Below, piece after piece: positions 47,565-57,243 of a stretch of DNA of 64,000 nucleotides. The position numbers were made by a program, and so were the translations under genes. This DNA comes from an uncultured Verrucomicrobiae bacterium (GTDB taxonomy: Bacteria > Verrucomicrobiota > Verrucomicrobiia > Chthoniobacterales > UBA10450). The notes below the pieces were generated by a model. That model was not told the DNA's origin. It saw only the letters and a program-made list of their open reading frames with translations, and searched no databases. The DNA lies in contig CAWFGO010000001.1 in the NCBI GenBank assembly GCA_963815455.1, positions 1,568,001-1,632,000 of the forward strand, given 5' to 3'. Within the stretch, counting starts at the first letter, position 1; each line of letters starts with the position of its first letter.

Positions 47565-49697
47565 CTACTCTCCGGCTCCGATTGAACGCGTGATACGCTG
47601 AAAAATTCCTTTGCTCTCCGGCTTCGGCGCAGCACTTGGTGGCCAGCATTCTACGATCTCGAGCGCGAGAAACCGGAACAGCGTGAGCCGGGCGAATTTC
47701 AAATCGAGCCGCAAATTCTTGGCGATTTGCGCGATGGATCGCGCCCCGTTGAACTGGGAGGCGAACTGCGCTTCCGCCACAGTGAGCTTCAGATTTTGAA
47801 CGCGGTCGAAACCGTCCTTGGTGTAAGCCGGAATCGAGGCCGGATCGTAATTGGCTTGCGCGCCGAGGTCGTGAAATTGAATGAAACGCAAACATCCCAG
47901 CGCCCAATGATCGACATCGGGTTCGGCTGGGACATCGCCGGCATAAGCGGGCAGGCCTGCGGCCTGCTCGAACATGAAACGCGCTCGCCCGGCCGTCCAA
48001 AGCTGGGCGAAAAGTTTTTGACCGTAATGCTGAACCAACTGGACCGCCGGATCGCGCAAAAGTAATCCTTCCCGCGCCAGAGTCAGGAAAAGCGGGCACG
48101 CTGTTTCAGTTTGCTCCGCCCGCGCTGCCGCAATTCTTTCGGGATCGACATTGGCCAGAGTGATCGGCGCCTCCGAACAATAAAGCTCGGGGTCGTGCGT
48201 GGTCGCCAGAACGATTTGACCGTTGTGCGTGAGAAGCTCGACTGGCGTTGCCTGCCAAAACGCGCGGAAAAATCCAGTCAGCCTTTGCTTGGCGATCGTC
48301 TGGAAAGCCCAGTTGATGGAAAAGAATGTCGTGTCGCCGCAAAAATACGCGCCGCCAGTGACGGACTCATCCGGAGGATCGACATCGGCGCGCGGGGAAG
48401 ACATGGGAGCAGCAGCTGCAGTTTGCGGTTGCGACCAATCCGGGGCCTCGGGTGGCGGGCTCCACCATTCCTCGGCTTGGGCCGGTTCGGGTGCAGGTTG
48501 CTCCTCGGGAATCGGCTCCTGCTCGGCCTGATCGGGCACTTCGTTCGGTTCTGGCCCCGCTTCAGGTTCTGTTGATTCCGGCTCGCCAGGTGATTTCGGC
48601 ATATGGGTCTCCACGGTTTTGATAAGCAAATCCGAAGTGAAGGGTTTATTCAAGAACCCAATCACATTGGCATTCGACTCCCGGTCGGGGATCAAATCCG
48701 CTCCAAAGCCGGACATATAGATCACGGGAATGTCGGCCGTCTTCCGATCCTCCAGCAATTTGCGGCTTACTTCGTCGCCTTTCATGTCGGGCAGGACGTA
48801 ATCGAGGAGAATCAAATCCGGCTCGTCGCTCTTGGCCGAACGCAAACCGTCGGCGGCGGTCGGCGCGATCGCTACTTTAAAGCTCGCCTCGGCCAGGACT
48901 TCCTCCACGAAACGCAGCAGCATCGGGCTGTCGTCAATGACCAGGATCTTGCGGGTCGAGGATCGTTTGGCCCGAAAACGGGGCGCCGGCCCGGCGGCTT
49001 TCGATTCGTCCGACTCGCGCACCGCGTCCATGAGCAAGAGCTGCCAATCCTGGTTGATGGTGCGCGGCGCGGCGCCCGCATCCGGGACTTCGGAAATTGT
49101 TCCGCCCTGCCAGGTCACGATTTCATTAAACGCAACAAGTCCCTGCTTGCCGGGCGTCGTTGCATGCCGCACCTGGCCCTTCTCGAAATACACCCGGGCT
49201 TTTTCCCCTCCCGGCCCGGTAAACTCCAGCACCGAGCTTCTGCCCGACATGCATTTTAGCTGGATAATGTCGGCAATGTGGAGATCGCTCAGCGTGCCGT
49301 GAAACTGTTCCGTCTCGGTTTCCGCGGGCCGAAGCAGCGCATCAACCACCTCGACGAAGTCCTCTCGCGAGAACGGCTTTTCCAGAAAGTGGATCGCGCC
49401 GAGCCCGGCGACCTGCTCACGCTGCCCCGGCACATGGGCTTCGGTAAGAATAATGGCGCGCGCGTTCGGATGACTGGTGCGCAAATCATAAAGAAAATCC
49501 GGCCCCAGATCGGGCGCGGCATCGAGATCCAGGACGAATAAATCGGGCTTCCCTCGCAGGGCCAGTTGTTGCGCTTCCTCGAGATTGCGCGCCACATCCA
49601 TCAGCGCGCCAGGCGCAATCTCCGCTAATGCGCTCGAAACCTCCGCCGCCAGAGGGCCCGCTGGTCGCAGGAGCAAAATTCGTTTCTTTACTTTCAC
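47565..49697 (-). CDS. Multi-domain response regulator: two receiver domains, each followed by a DUF4388/PatA-like region
   Basis: PDLFVLD..FLEKPF; FHGTLSDLHIADIIQL; ILVIDDS..PDLILLDYVLPD..KPF; Pro/Glu-rich linker. Confidence 0.8.
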   Translation of the reverse strand: MKVKKRILLLRPAGPLAAEVSSALAEIAPGALMDVARNLEEAQQLALRGKPDLFVLDLDAAPDLGPDFLYDLRTSHPNARAIILTEAHVPGQREQVAGLGAIHFLEKPFSREDFVEVVDALLRPAETETEQFHGTLSDLHIADIIQLKCMSGRSSVLEFTGPGGEKARVYFEKGQVRHATTPGKQGLVAFNEIVTWQGGTISEVPDAGAAPRTINQDWQLLLMDAVRESDESKAAGPAPRFRAKRSSTRKILVIDDSPMLLRFVEEVLAEASFKVAIAPTAADGLRSAKSDEPDLILLDYVLPDMKGDEVSRKLLEDRKTADIPVIYMSGFGADLIPDRESNANVIGFLNKPFTSDLLIKTVETHMPKSPGEPESTEPEAGPEPNEVPDQAEQEPIPEEQPAPEPAQAEEWWSPPPEAPDWSQPQTAAAAPMSSPRADVDPPDESVTGGAYFCGDTTFFSINWAFQTIAKQRLTGFFRAFWQATPVELLTHNGQIVLATTHDPELYCSEAPITLANVDPERIAAARAEQTETACPLFLTLAREGLLLRDPAVQLVQHYGQKLFAQLWTAGRARFMFEQAAGLPAYAGDVPAEPDVDHWALGCLRFIQFHDLGAQANYDPASIPAYTKDGFDRVQNLKLTVAEAQFASQFNGARSIAQIAKNLRLDLKFARLTLFRFLALEIVECWPPSAAPKPESKGIFQRITRSIGAGE

Positions 49698-49742
49698 CGT
49701 AGTTATTTAGAGATGCCTGCTTCTTAACAAATGCAAACATTT

Positions 49743-51146
49743 TTAACTTCTCTTGGTAGCATATAGCCGGCCCAGGTCGCGCCGGCTGATTTTTCCCCGT
49801 TCATTCACCGGGATCGCGTCCACAACAAAAATACGTTTTGGCACCTGCCAACTGCTCAGCGCGCCGCGGCACGATTCCAGGAGATCGCTTTCACGAAGAT
49901 CGACATCGGTCACTACACAGGCCGCCACCTCCTGGTTGCGCAATGCCGATTCGCGGCCGAACACGACCGCCTGCCGCACACCGGCGACCTGCAACAAATG
50001 GGCCTCGACCTCAGCCGGACTCACTTTCTTGCCCGCGACGTTAATTACATCCGATATTCGCCCAACGATTCGGAATCCGGCACCGCTTTTCGTGAGCAGA
50101 TCGTCAGGAACAAAAACTCCGCGGCTCAATTTCTCTTCATCCGGTTCCGGGAAATAGCCGTCGCCAATCGCCGCGCCCAGCACCCGCACCTGGCTCGACG
50201 GCGCCGCCGGATCGATCATTTCAACATCGACATCTTTCATCGGCCGCCCGACAAAGCCTTCGATCCCGCTACTGCCGTCGCGATCGTAACAAATCCCGCC
50301 ACATTCAGACGCGCCGTAGAATGAATGGATCGGCCGCCCGAATTTTTCACGAAATCTTTTTGCAACTGAAAGAGGCAGCGGCGCGCCGGCCGAAATGCAA
50401 AGCCGCAGGTTGGGCAGCGGTGGAACAGTTTCCATATCGCAAAACGCCTGATAAAAGACCGGCATCCCGGGAAAGACGGTCGCATTGGTGCGGGCCAGAT
50501 CGGCCAGGACCGCGCGAGGCGTCCGGTCATTGCTCAAAACCATGGGAACCCCGCGCGCGATGAGCGGCGTGAGCAAATTGCTAAATCCGTAGGAGTGCGA
50601 AATGGGAATGACGCCGAAATTAAGATCGACATCGGCGATTTCCATCGTGTCGCAGATCTGGTTGCAATCGGCCAGCAATTGCCCGCTTCGAAAACGGATC
50701 GCGCGGGGCGCGGCGGTGGTTCCTGAGGTTAGCTTCAACAAGCTCGGCGGGTTGTTATCCCAGACGGCTGTAGCGTCGGCTGTCCCCAGCCGAAAAACCT
50801 CAGGATTTCCGCTGGGGACAGCGGACACTACAGCGGCTGCTCGGCAAACTTCCAGCGCGGCGTCGCGTTGCTGTTCGCTGATCGATCGTTCGAGCGGAAG
50901 AATCGTCAATTGCTGGCGCAGGCAGGCGATCAAGATCGACGGCCAATCTTCGTGATTGCCGATTTGGACGGCAATGACCTCGCCGGGGCGGAACATGTCG
51001 ATCTTCGCGGCAAAACTCTGCGCGCCTTCCTCGATGCCGCCAAATGTTCGCAGCATGTCGCCATTGGCCGCGAAAATCGCCGGAGCATCACCCTTTCGCG
51101 CGAGCGTTTCGTCCCACCTGGCCAGCAATGGATCCCCCGATTTCAT
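49743..51146 (-). CDS. Class I adenylate-forming enzyme (acyl-CoA ligase-like)
   Basis: [49 protein letters not shown]. Confidence 0.9.
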   Translation of the reverse strand: MKSGDPLLARWDETLARKGDAPAIFAANGDMLRTFGGIEEGAQSFAAKIDMFRPGEVIAVQIGNHEDWPSILIACLRQQLTILPLERSISEQQRDAALEVCRAAAVVSAVPSGNPEVFRLGTADATAVWDNNPPSLLKLTSGTTAAPRAIRFRSGQLLADCNQICDTMEIADVDLNFGVIPISHSYGFSNLLTPLIARGVPMVLSNDRTPRAVLADLARTNATVFPGMPVFYQAFCDMETVPPLPNLRLCISAGAPLPLSVAKRFREKFGRPIHSFYGASECGGICYDRDGSSGIEGFVGRPMKDVDVEMIDPAAPSSQVRVLGAAIGDGYFPEPDEEKLSRGVFVPDDLLTKSGAGFRIVGRISDVINVAGKKVSPAEVEAHLLQVAGVRQAVVFGRESALRNQEVAACVVTDVDLRESDLLESCRGALSSWQVPKRIFVVDAIPVNERGKISRRDLGRLYATKRS

Positions 51147-51196
51147 CGCTTGCACCGACGGGCAGACGTGATTACATTTCGCGCTCCTTTTCGAAG

Positions 51197-51424
51197 ATGA
51201 AAGCAGGCATCCATCCAGAGTATTTCGAGACCGATATCGCGTGCGCGTGCGGGGCAGTGTATCACACCCGCTCGACCCAACGGGATATTAAGATCGGTAT
51301 TTGCGCCGCTTGTCATCCGTTTTTCACCGGTGAACAGAAATTCGTCGATACCGCAGGCCGGGTGGAGAAATTCGCCAAACGCTACGGCACCACCAAGGCC
51401 GTCCGCACCCCGAAAAAGGCTTAG
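51197..51424 (+). CDS. rpmE: 50S ribosomal protein L31 (zinc-binding type)
   Basis: [33 protein letters not shown]. Confidence 0.96.
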   Translation: MKAGIHPEYFETDIACACGAVYHTRSTQRDIKIGICAACHPFFTGEQKFVDTAGRVEKFAKRYGTTKAVRTPKKA

Positions 51425-51440
51425 CTGATTCACTTTTCGA

Positions 51441-51480
51441 GACGCTGACCCCGAAAGCATTCGGGGTCGGCGTTTTTGTT
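51441..51480 (+). terminator. Rho-independent terminator-like hairpin after rpmE
   Basis: Stem gacgctgaccccgaa / ttcggggtcggcgtt with a 4-nt loop, followed by a T-rich tract. Confidence 0.7.
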
Positions 51481-51481
51481 T

Positions 51482-52564
51482 ATGGACTTTACTTCACTCA
51501 TCGAACGCAGACGGGAGCGCTTCCAGCAACTGGAAGGCGAGATCGCCGATCCGGGGCTTTTTTCGAATCGCAAACGGGCCGGCGAGCTTATGCGCGAGCA
51601 TTCCGGCATCAAGCAGGTGCTGGCCAAGTGGGACGAACTGGAAGCAGCGCGGAAACAACTGGACGACAATCGCGAACTGGCTACATCGCGCGACGTCGAG
51701 ATCGCAGCCATGGCCGATGACGAAATTCCGGATTTGGAAAAACGAGTGGCCGATCTGGAGCGAGAAATTCAAATCGGGTTGCTGCCTCCGGATGAAAATG
51801 ATGATCGGGACGCAATCGTGGAGATTCGGGCCGGCACCGGCGGAAACGAGGCGGCAATTTTCGCGGCCGACCTTTCCCGGATGTACCATCGCTACGCGGA
51901 GTCCGCCGGATTCAAGATCGAAGATTTGGAATCGAGTTCATCCGAGCTCGGAGGATTGAAGGACGTAATTTTCCAAGTCTCCGGCGAGTCGGTTTTCCGC
52001 AAGCTGCGTTACGAGAGCGGCGTCCATCGAGTGCAACGTGTGCCGGCAACGGAGGCGCAAGGCCGGATTCATACTTCAACGGCGACCGTTGCCGTTTTGC
52101 CGGAGGCCGAAGAAGTCGACCTCGAATTGAAGCCGGAAGATTTGCGGATTGAAGTTTGCCGGGCCGGCGGTCCAGGCGGCCAGGGCGTCAACACGACCGA
52201 CTCCGCCGTGCAGGTTTTGCATATTCCGACCGGACGGATCGTGCGTTGCCAGGACGGGCGCAGTCAGCAGAAAAACAAGGAGAAGGCGCTGAAGATCATG
52301 CGCGCGCGTTTGCTCGAGGAAAAACAGCGCGAGGAAGAAGCGAAGTATTCGGCCGCGCGCAAAAGCCAGATCGGTTCCGGTGGGCGCGAAGAAAAAATTC
52401 GCACCTACAATTTTCCCCAGAACCGCATCACCGACCACCGCATTGGGTTGACGCTCTATAATCTGGACCGCGTCATGGAAGGAGACATCGGCGAGATGAT
52501 CCAATCGCTCCAAGCAGCCGACCTTGCCGAACGATTGAAGGAATCGGCCATGCCGGCAAGTTAA
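51482..52564 (+). CDS. prfA: Peptide chain release factor 1
   Basis: EIRAGTGG, ESGVHRVQRVPATE (PxT), GGPGGQGVNTTDSAV, IRTYNFPQNR. Confidence 0.96.
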   Translation: MDFTSLIERRRERFQQLEGEIADPGLFSNRKRAGELMREHSGIKQVLAKWDELEAARKQLDDNRELATSRDVEIAAMADDEIPDLEKRVADLEREIQIGLLPPDENDDRDAIVEIRAGTGGNEAAIFAADLSRMYHRYAESAGFKIEDLESSSSELGGLKDVIFQVSGESVFRKLRYESGVHRVQRVPATEAQGRIHTSTATVAVLPEAEEVDLELKPEDLRIEVCRAGGPGGQGVNTTDSAVQVLHIPTGRIVRCQDGRSQQKNKEKALKIMRARLLEEKQREEEAKYSAARKSQIGSGGREEKIRTYNFPQNRITDHRIGLTLYNLDRVMEGDIGEMIQSLQAADLAERLKESAMPAS

Positions 52565-52630
52565 CGACCGGCAACGTTTTCGAAAATTCAGGATTGCAGC
52601 AGGCGGCCTGAGCCGCTACAAAGGTTCCCC

Positions 52631-53245
52631 ATGGACCCGCAGTCGTTAGTCATCGTTTTACGAATGGCCGAGCGGATTCTCGGCGTTCTTATCGGCGGAG
52701 TGCTGATCTACTTTGGTTATCGCCTTTTCCTTAGCCTGTCCAGCAAGCGAGGGCGCGAGGGCGGCAGTGGCGACTTTTCTTTTGCTGGAGGAAACAAAAT
52801 CAAGTTGAGCAAGGTGGGTCCGGGCGTTTTCTTTGCCCTCTTCGGTGCGGCTCTGATTGTTTTTTCCATCGCTCGCCCGGTCAAGTTCAATGCTTCCGGT
52901 CCGCCTGCGGGCAAGGCGGCGGCCGGGGGCGAATCCAAACCGCTCGCCGCCACCACGATGACGTTCATGGGCGCGACTTCGTTGCCGGAAAACGAACAGG
53001 AACGCATCCAACGTCGCGCCGAGATGCGTGAACAGATCGCCGTTCTGAACCGTGCGGTCGAACAGGCGAACCCAGCTGATCGACCGCAGCTCGAGGCCGC
53101 GGTGGCGCAGGCGAAGCTGGCTTTGATGGAGCGGTTGTGGACGGACGACTGGGGCGATCTGGCGGATTTCCGCGCGTGGCTCGAGAAGGGTGGCGCACCG
53201 CCCGCCGCAACGCAGCCGGCCGTTGAGATTTTTCAACGAAAGTAG
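52631..53245 (+). CDS. Hypothetical membrane protein (two N-terminal TM segments)
   Basis: ILGVLIGGVLIYFGYRLF and VGPGVFFALFGAALIVFS; co-oriented within the prfA-prmC interval. Confidence 0.7.
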   Translation: MDPQSLVIVLRMAERILGVLIGGVLIYFGYRLFLSLSSKRGREGGSGDFSFAGGNKIKLSKVGPGVFFALFGAALIVFSIARPVKFNASGPPAGKAAAGGESKPLAATTMTFMGATSLPENEQERIQRRAEMREQIAVLNRAVEQANPADRPQLEAAVAQAKLALMERLWTDDWGDLADFRAWLEKGGAPPAATQPAVEIFQRK

Positions 53246-53251
53246 GTCCTC

Positions 53252-54576
53252 GTGCGACACGGGTTGTGTCTGATCCTGGCTCTTCTCGGCTGGTCGCAGG
53301 CGAGCGGGCAGGGCGTTTCGAGTCTTTACCCGAAAGCGAAACTCGACGCGGACGCCGCCCGTTACGGCGAACAGATTCGCGCCGAATATCGGGAAACAAT
53401 TCTCCCACAGTTAACCGAGGCCGAGCGCGCCGCGCTGAGCGAAGTGAAGATCGAAGTGCCGGCTGTCGGCCGGAGAGGGGATCCCTTTGAGTTCTATCGT
53501 TCCGAGAACACGGTTTATCTGCCCGCCCTGTCTCTTCGATTTTTTGCCGATCTTTGCCTGGCTAATGCCTGGCTAAATGCGCACGGTTATGACGGCACCA
53601 CGGTGCGCGATTACGTCGGCCTGTTTTTTCGCGAAGCGACGGTCTCGCCCAGCGCGCCGCTTCATCCGATCTTCGAATCGCTTGGCATCCCCGCAAACGC
53701 GCGCGACGAAACGGCCGTCTCCAATCGGGTGGATCGCAATTTCGGCAACACCGTCGTTTTCCTTCTCGCGCACGAGCTTGGACACGTCCTTAAGAAACAT
53801 CGCAACGATGCCGGCGATCCGGCATTGCAGCGAAAACAGGAAATCGAGGCCGATCAATTCGCAATCGATGTCATGCGGCGCATCGGCCAGATCCCGCTCG
53901 GCCTTGAGTTTTGGTTCGACCTTGAACGAATCCGTTATCAAGCGCCGCGGGAAATTCCGAGTGATTCGGAATGGCAGAAGTACCTTTCCGGCCTCGATCA
54001 TCCGGTCACGACCGAACGCCTGAACGCTCTCGCCGATGCGATTGAGAAAGCCCCCGATTCATTCGCGCGCAATCAAACCAATCAGGCGCTCTGGACCGCG
54101 CGCTCGGGGATGTTCGCACAGTACTTTCGCCAAGCCGCGCCTTTTGCCGGGAACTCGGTCGCGCGCGTGGCGGAGTATCCCGCGTGCGCGATTTGCGCTG
54201 GGGCTCTATCAAACCGCGCAAAGCCGCCTTTGCCGTCCCGAGAGGCGACGGGACGGACGAGGAATTCCAGGGTCTTTTCCGTGTCCAGCGTACGTTCGCA
54301 AGCGGCAAGCCCGGGGATGAATTCGATCTCCTCCTTTTGCGCAGTGGCGACGAAGCCGTGGGCCATTATTCGGGCGCGAATGTGGAGGGTTCGGTCGAAG
54401 GAAAAATTTCCGAAGGCGTACTACGCTTTAAGTGGAGCGAAGGAACCGTTCAAGGCCGCGGCAAAGTTGAAAGCCGGGGCGGGACGCTCCGCGGCACATG
54501 GGGAACGGGTGAAGCCGAGAAGGGCGCGGGCGAATTCAGCGCTATGCGGCAAAAGCGAGAGGACACCGCGCGGTAG
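53252..54576 (+). CDS. Secreted M48-like zinc metallopeptidase with C-terminal beta domain; frameshift near 54180
   Basis: Signal peptide; LAHELGH, EIEADQFA, DHPVTTER. C-terminus continues in ORF 54184..54576. Confidence 0.72.
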
Positions 54577-54655
54577 GTTTTCGTCAATTCGATTAGCCGC
54601 CTGTCAGTTCGATTGAACAGGAGAAATCCTTGTCGTTTTGAGTTAACTAAGACTC

Positions 54656-55493
54656 ATGACCGTGCTGGAAGTGCTGCAATCGACGGCCACGTACTTTAAG
54701 AAGCGCAACATCGACAATCCGCGACTGAATGCGGAGCACTTGCTGGCCCACGCATTGGGCCGCACTCGCATGGAGCTTTATCTCGAATTCGAGCGAGTGC
54801 TTGCCGAGACCGAGCTCGCGCCGTTGCGGGAACTTGTTCGACGCCGGGGCGAAGGCGAGCCGCTTCAGCATTTGCTCGGCACGGTGGAATTTTGCGGGGA
54901 GATTTTCCTTTGCGATAAACGCGCACTGGTTCCGCGGCCGGAAACGGAGCAATTGGTCGAGACGCTGCAATCGAAGATCGAAAATCCGAAATCGAAAATT
55001 CTCGATGTTGGCACGGGGTCGGGCGTGATCGCGCTGAGTTTGGCAAAGAAATTTCCCGACGCGCAGGTTTTCGCTGTCGATGTTTCGGAAGATGCCCTCG
55101 CCCTGGCCCGAGAAAACGCGGCCCGACTCGGGCTTTAGCGAGCGCATTCAGATCAAGAAAAACGATCTGCTGGCAAATTTGGATGAAAGATTCGATGTCA
55201 TTGTTGCGAATCTTCCTTATATCGCCATGCAAGATCGACAATCACTTTCCCGGGAAGTCCTGCGCGATCCGGAGATCGCGCTCTTTGGCGGACTGCGCGG
55301 CGACGAATTGCTGCGACGACTGATCGAACAGGCTCCCGAACATCTGAAGCCCGGCGGGCTGCTCGCACTGGAAATCGGGCTCGGCCAGGCGGAGGCGCTG
55401 GCCGAGTTTCTCGGGCAAAAAAATTATCACGACATCGAGTCGAAAAAGGATTATTCAGGCATTACTCGTTTTCTCTTTGCCAGGTATGGATAA
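54656..55493 (+). CDS. prmC: Release factor glutamine methyltransferase; frameshift near 55135
   Basis: RR..GEPLQHLLG, LVPRPETE, ILDVGTGSG (ORF 54656..55138); ANLPYI, LEIG, KKDYSG..RF (ORF 55080..55493). Confidence 0.92.
54969..55003 (+). repeat. In-frame 7-bp tandem repeat inside prmC
   Basis: aatcgaa gatcgaa aatccga aatcgaa aattctc, encoding SKIENPKSKI. Confidence 0.7.
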
Positions 55494-56745
55494 GATCCGG
55501 ATTCATGGTGGGCATGCGCTGAGCGGGTCGATCAAGATCAGCGGTTCGAAAAACTCTGCCCTGCCGATCCTGGCGGCGACTTTGCTTACCCGCGAGACAT
55601 GTACTCTTCGGCGCGTGGCCGACTTGAGCGACACCCATTACATGCTCCAAATCCTGTCTCATCTCGGGGCGCAAGTGGAACGGGCCAGCGGGACGGTGAG
55701 CGTGACCGCGGACAAAATTATTTCCGCCGCGCCTTACGATATCGTGCGCAAGATGCGGGCTTCGGTTTGCGTGCTGGGGCCGCTGCTGGGCCGGTGCAAA
55801 GAAGCCACGGTGTCGTTGCCGGGCGGCTGCATCATTGGCGACCGGCCGATCGATCTGCATTTGAAAGGTTTCGAAGCACTCGGCGCGGCCGTGCGCGTCG
55901 AAGGCGGCAACGTAAAAGTGTTCGCCCCGAAATTGACTGGCGCCATTATTAATCTGCGCGGCAAACTCGGGCCAACGGTCCTGGGAACGGACAACGTGAT
56001 GATGGCGGCGGTGCTGGCCGAGGGAACTACCGTGATCGAAGGCGCAGCCCAGGAACCGGAAGTCATCGATCTGGCGAATTTCCTCAACAAAATGGGCGCG
56101 AAGATCGAGGGAGTGGGAACGCGGCGCATCATCATCGAAGGCGTCCCCGAGTTGCACGGCGCGGAGCACGACATCATCCCCGACCGGATCGAGGCCGGAA
56201 CATTTCTGGTGGCGGGCGCGATTTGCGGAAAGGGGGTTACGATCAAACGGGTCGAGCCGGCGCATTTGACGGCGGTGACAGCCGCTTTGGAGAATTGCGG
56301 ATTTCCCGTGAACATTGGCGGGGACACGATCACGATTTCGCCTAACGGAACAGCGCGGCCGCTCGAAATAGTTACCGAGCCTTACCCGGGATTCCCGACC
56401 GATATGCAGGCACAGATGTGCGCGTTGCTTTCAACGACGAACGGGACCAGCCTGATCACGGAAAATATTTTTCCGCAGCGTTATATGCACGTCGCGGAAT
56501 TGAAGCGCATGGGCGCGAATGTCGATCTGGAAGGGCCGAAGGCGGTGATCACTGGTGTCGAACGTCTTTTCGGCGCGCCGGTGATGGCGAGCGACTTGCG
56601 CGCATCGGCGGCCCTCGTGCTGGCCGGGTTGAAAGCGGACGGAATTACCGAAGTCAGCCGCGTGTATCATATCGACCGCGGTTACGAACATCTCGATGAA
56701 AAACTCAGCGAGCTCGGCGCACATATCGAGCGAGTGAAAGGATAA
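55486..56745 (+). CDS. murA: UDP-N-acetylglucosamine 1-carboxyvinyltransferase
   Basis: SGSKNSALP, RKMRAS, LPGGCIIGDRPIDLH (active-site Cys present), PDRIEAGT, PYPGFPTDMQ, DLRASAAL, HIDRGY. Confidence 0.96.
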   Translation: MDKIRIHGGHALSGSIKISGSKNSALPILAATLLTRETCTLRRVADLSDTHYMLQILSHLGAQVERASGTVSVTADKIISAAPYDIVRKMRASVCVLGPLLGRCKEATVSLPGGCIIGDRPIDLHLKGFEALGAAVRVEGGNVKVFAPKLTGAIINLRGKLGPTVLGTDNVMMAAVLAEGTTVIEGAAQEPEVIDLANFLNKMGAKIEGVGTRRIIIEGVPELHGAEHDIIPDRIEAGTFLVAGAICGKGVTIKRVEPAHLTAVTAALENCGFPVNIGGDTITISPNGTARPLEIVTEPYPGFPTDMQAQMCALLSTTNGTSLITENIFPQRYMHVAELKRMGANVDLEGPKAVITGVERLFGAPVMASDLRASAALVLAGLKADGITEVSRVYHIDRGYEHLDEKLSELGAHIERVKG

Positions 56746-56748
56746 ACC

Positions 56749-57126
56749 ATGGACCAACCGCCACCACCAATACCGACTTCATCCACATCCTCCGATACGC
56801 GGACCTGGATCGTGCTTTGCCACGCCAGCGCGTTGCTCGGATTGTTTTTCCATTTTCTGGGTCACATCATTGGCCCGCTCATCGTTTGGCTGGCCAAACG
56901 AGGCGACTCGCCCGAGATCGACGCCCATGGAAAGGAATCGCTCAATTTCCAGATCTCGATGCTGATCTATGACGCGATTGCCGCGATTTTGTGCATCGTG
57001 CTGATTGGCATTCCGATTTTGATCGCGCTTTGGGTGCTGAACACGGTGCTGGTGATCGTCGCATCGGTCAAAGCGAGCGAAGGAAAATTCTATCGCTATC
57101 CGTTTACGATCCGCTTGATCAACTAA
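56749..57126 (+). CDS. DUF4870 family membrane protein
   Basis: W..LCH, IGPLIVW, HGKESLNFQIS, KASEG.FYRYP. Confidence 0.88.
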   Translation: MDQPPPPIPTSSTSSDTRTWIVLCHASALLGLFFHFLGHIIGPLIVWLAKRGDSPEIDAHGKESLNFQISMLIYDAIAAILCIVLIGIPILIALWVLNTVLVIVASVKASEGKFYRYPFTIRLIN

Positions 57127-57141
57127 TCCCGAGACCGCTGC

Positions 57142-57239
57142 TGTCATCCCGAGCGAAGTCGAGGGATCCCGTTGCGCTGGCTTTAACCTAGATCCGCGGG
57201 ATTCTTCGACTCCGAAAGCGTTCGGGGCTCAGAATGACG
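57142..57239. repeat. REP-like palindromic element of the same family as 46462-46764
   Basis: tgtcatcccgagcgaagtcgagggatccc ... gggattcttcgactcc[insert]gctcagaatgac; lies between convergent genes. Confidence 0.82.
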
Positions 57240-57243
57240 ACCC

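Noticed and set aside
51197..51424. CAACH as a heme-binding motif (also CQDCH in 61165..61617)
   Set aside because: These are zinc-ribbon cysteines: ribosomal L31, and a CxxC...CxxC protein with no export signal.
54656..55493. Programmed frameshift or pseudogenisation of prmC, accA and cusA
   Set aside because: Indels are scattered through many unrelated genes, which sequencing error explains better.
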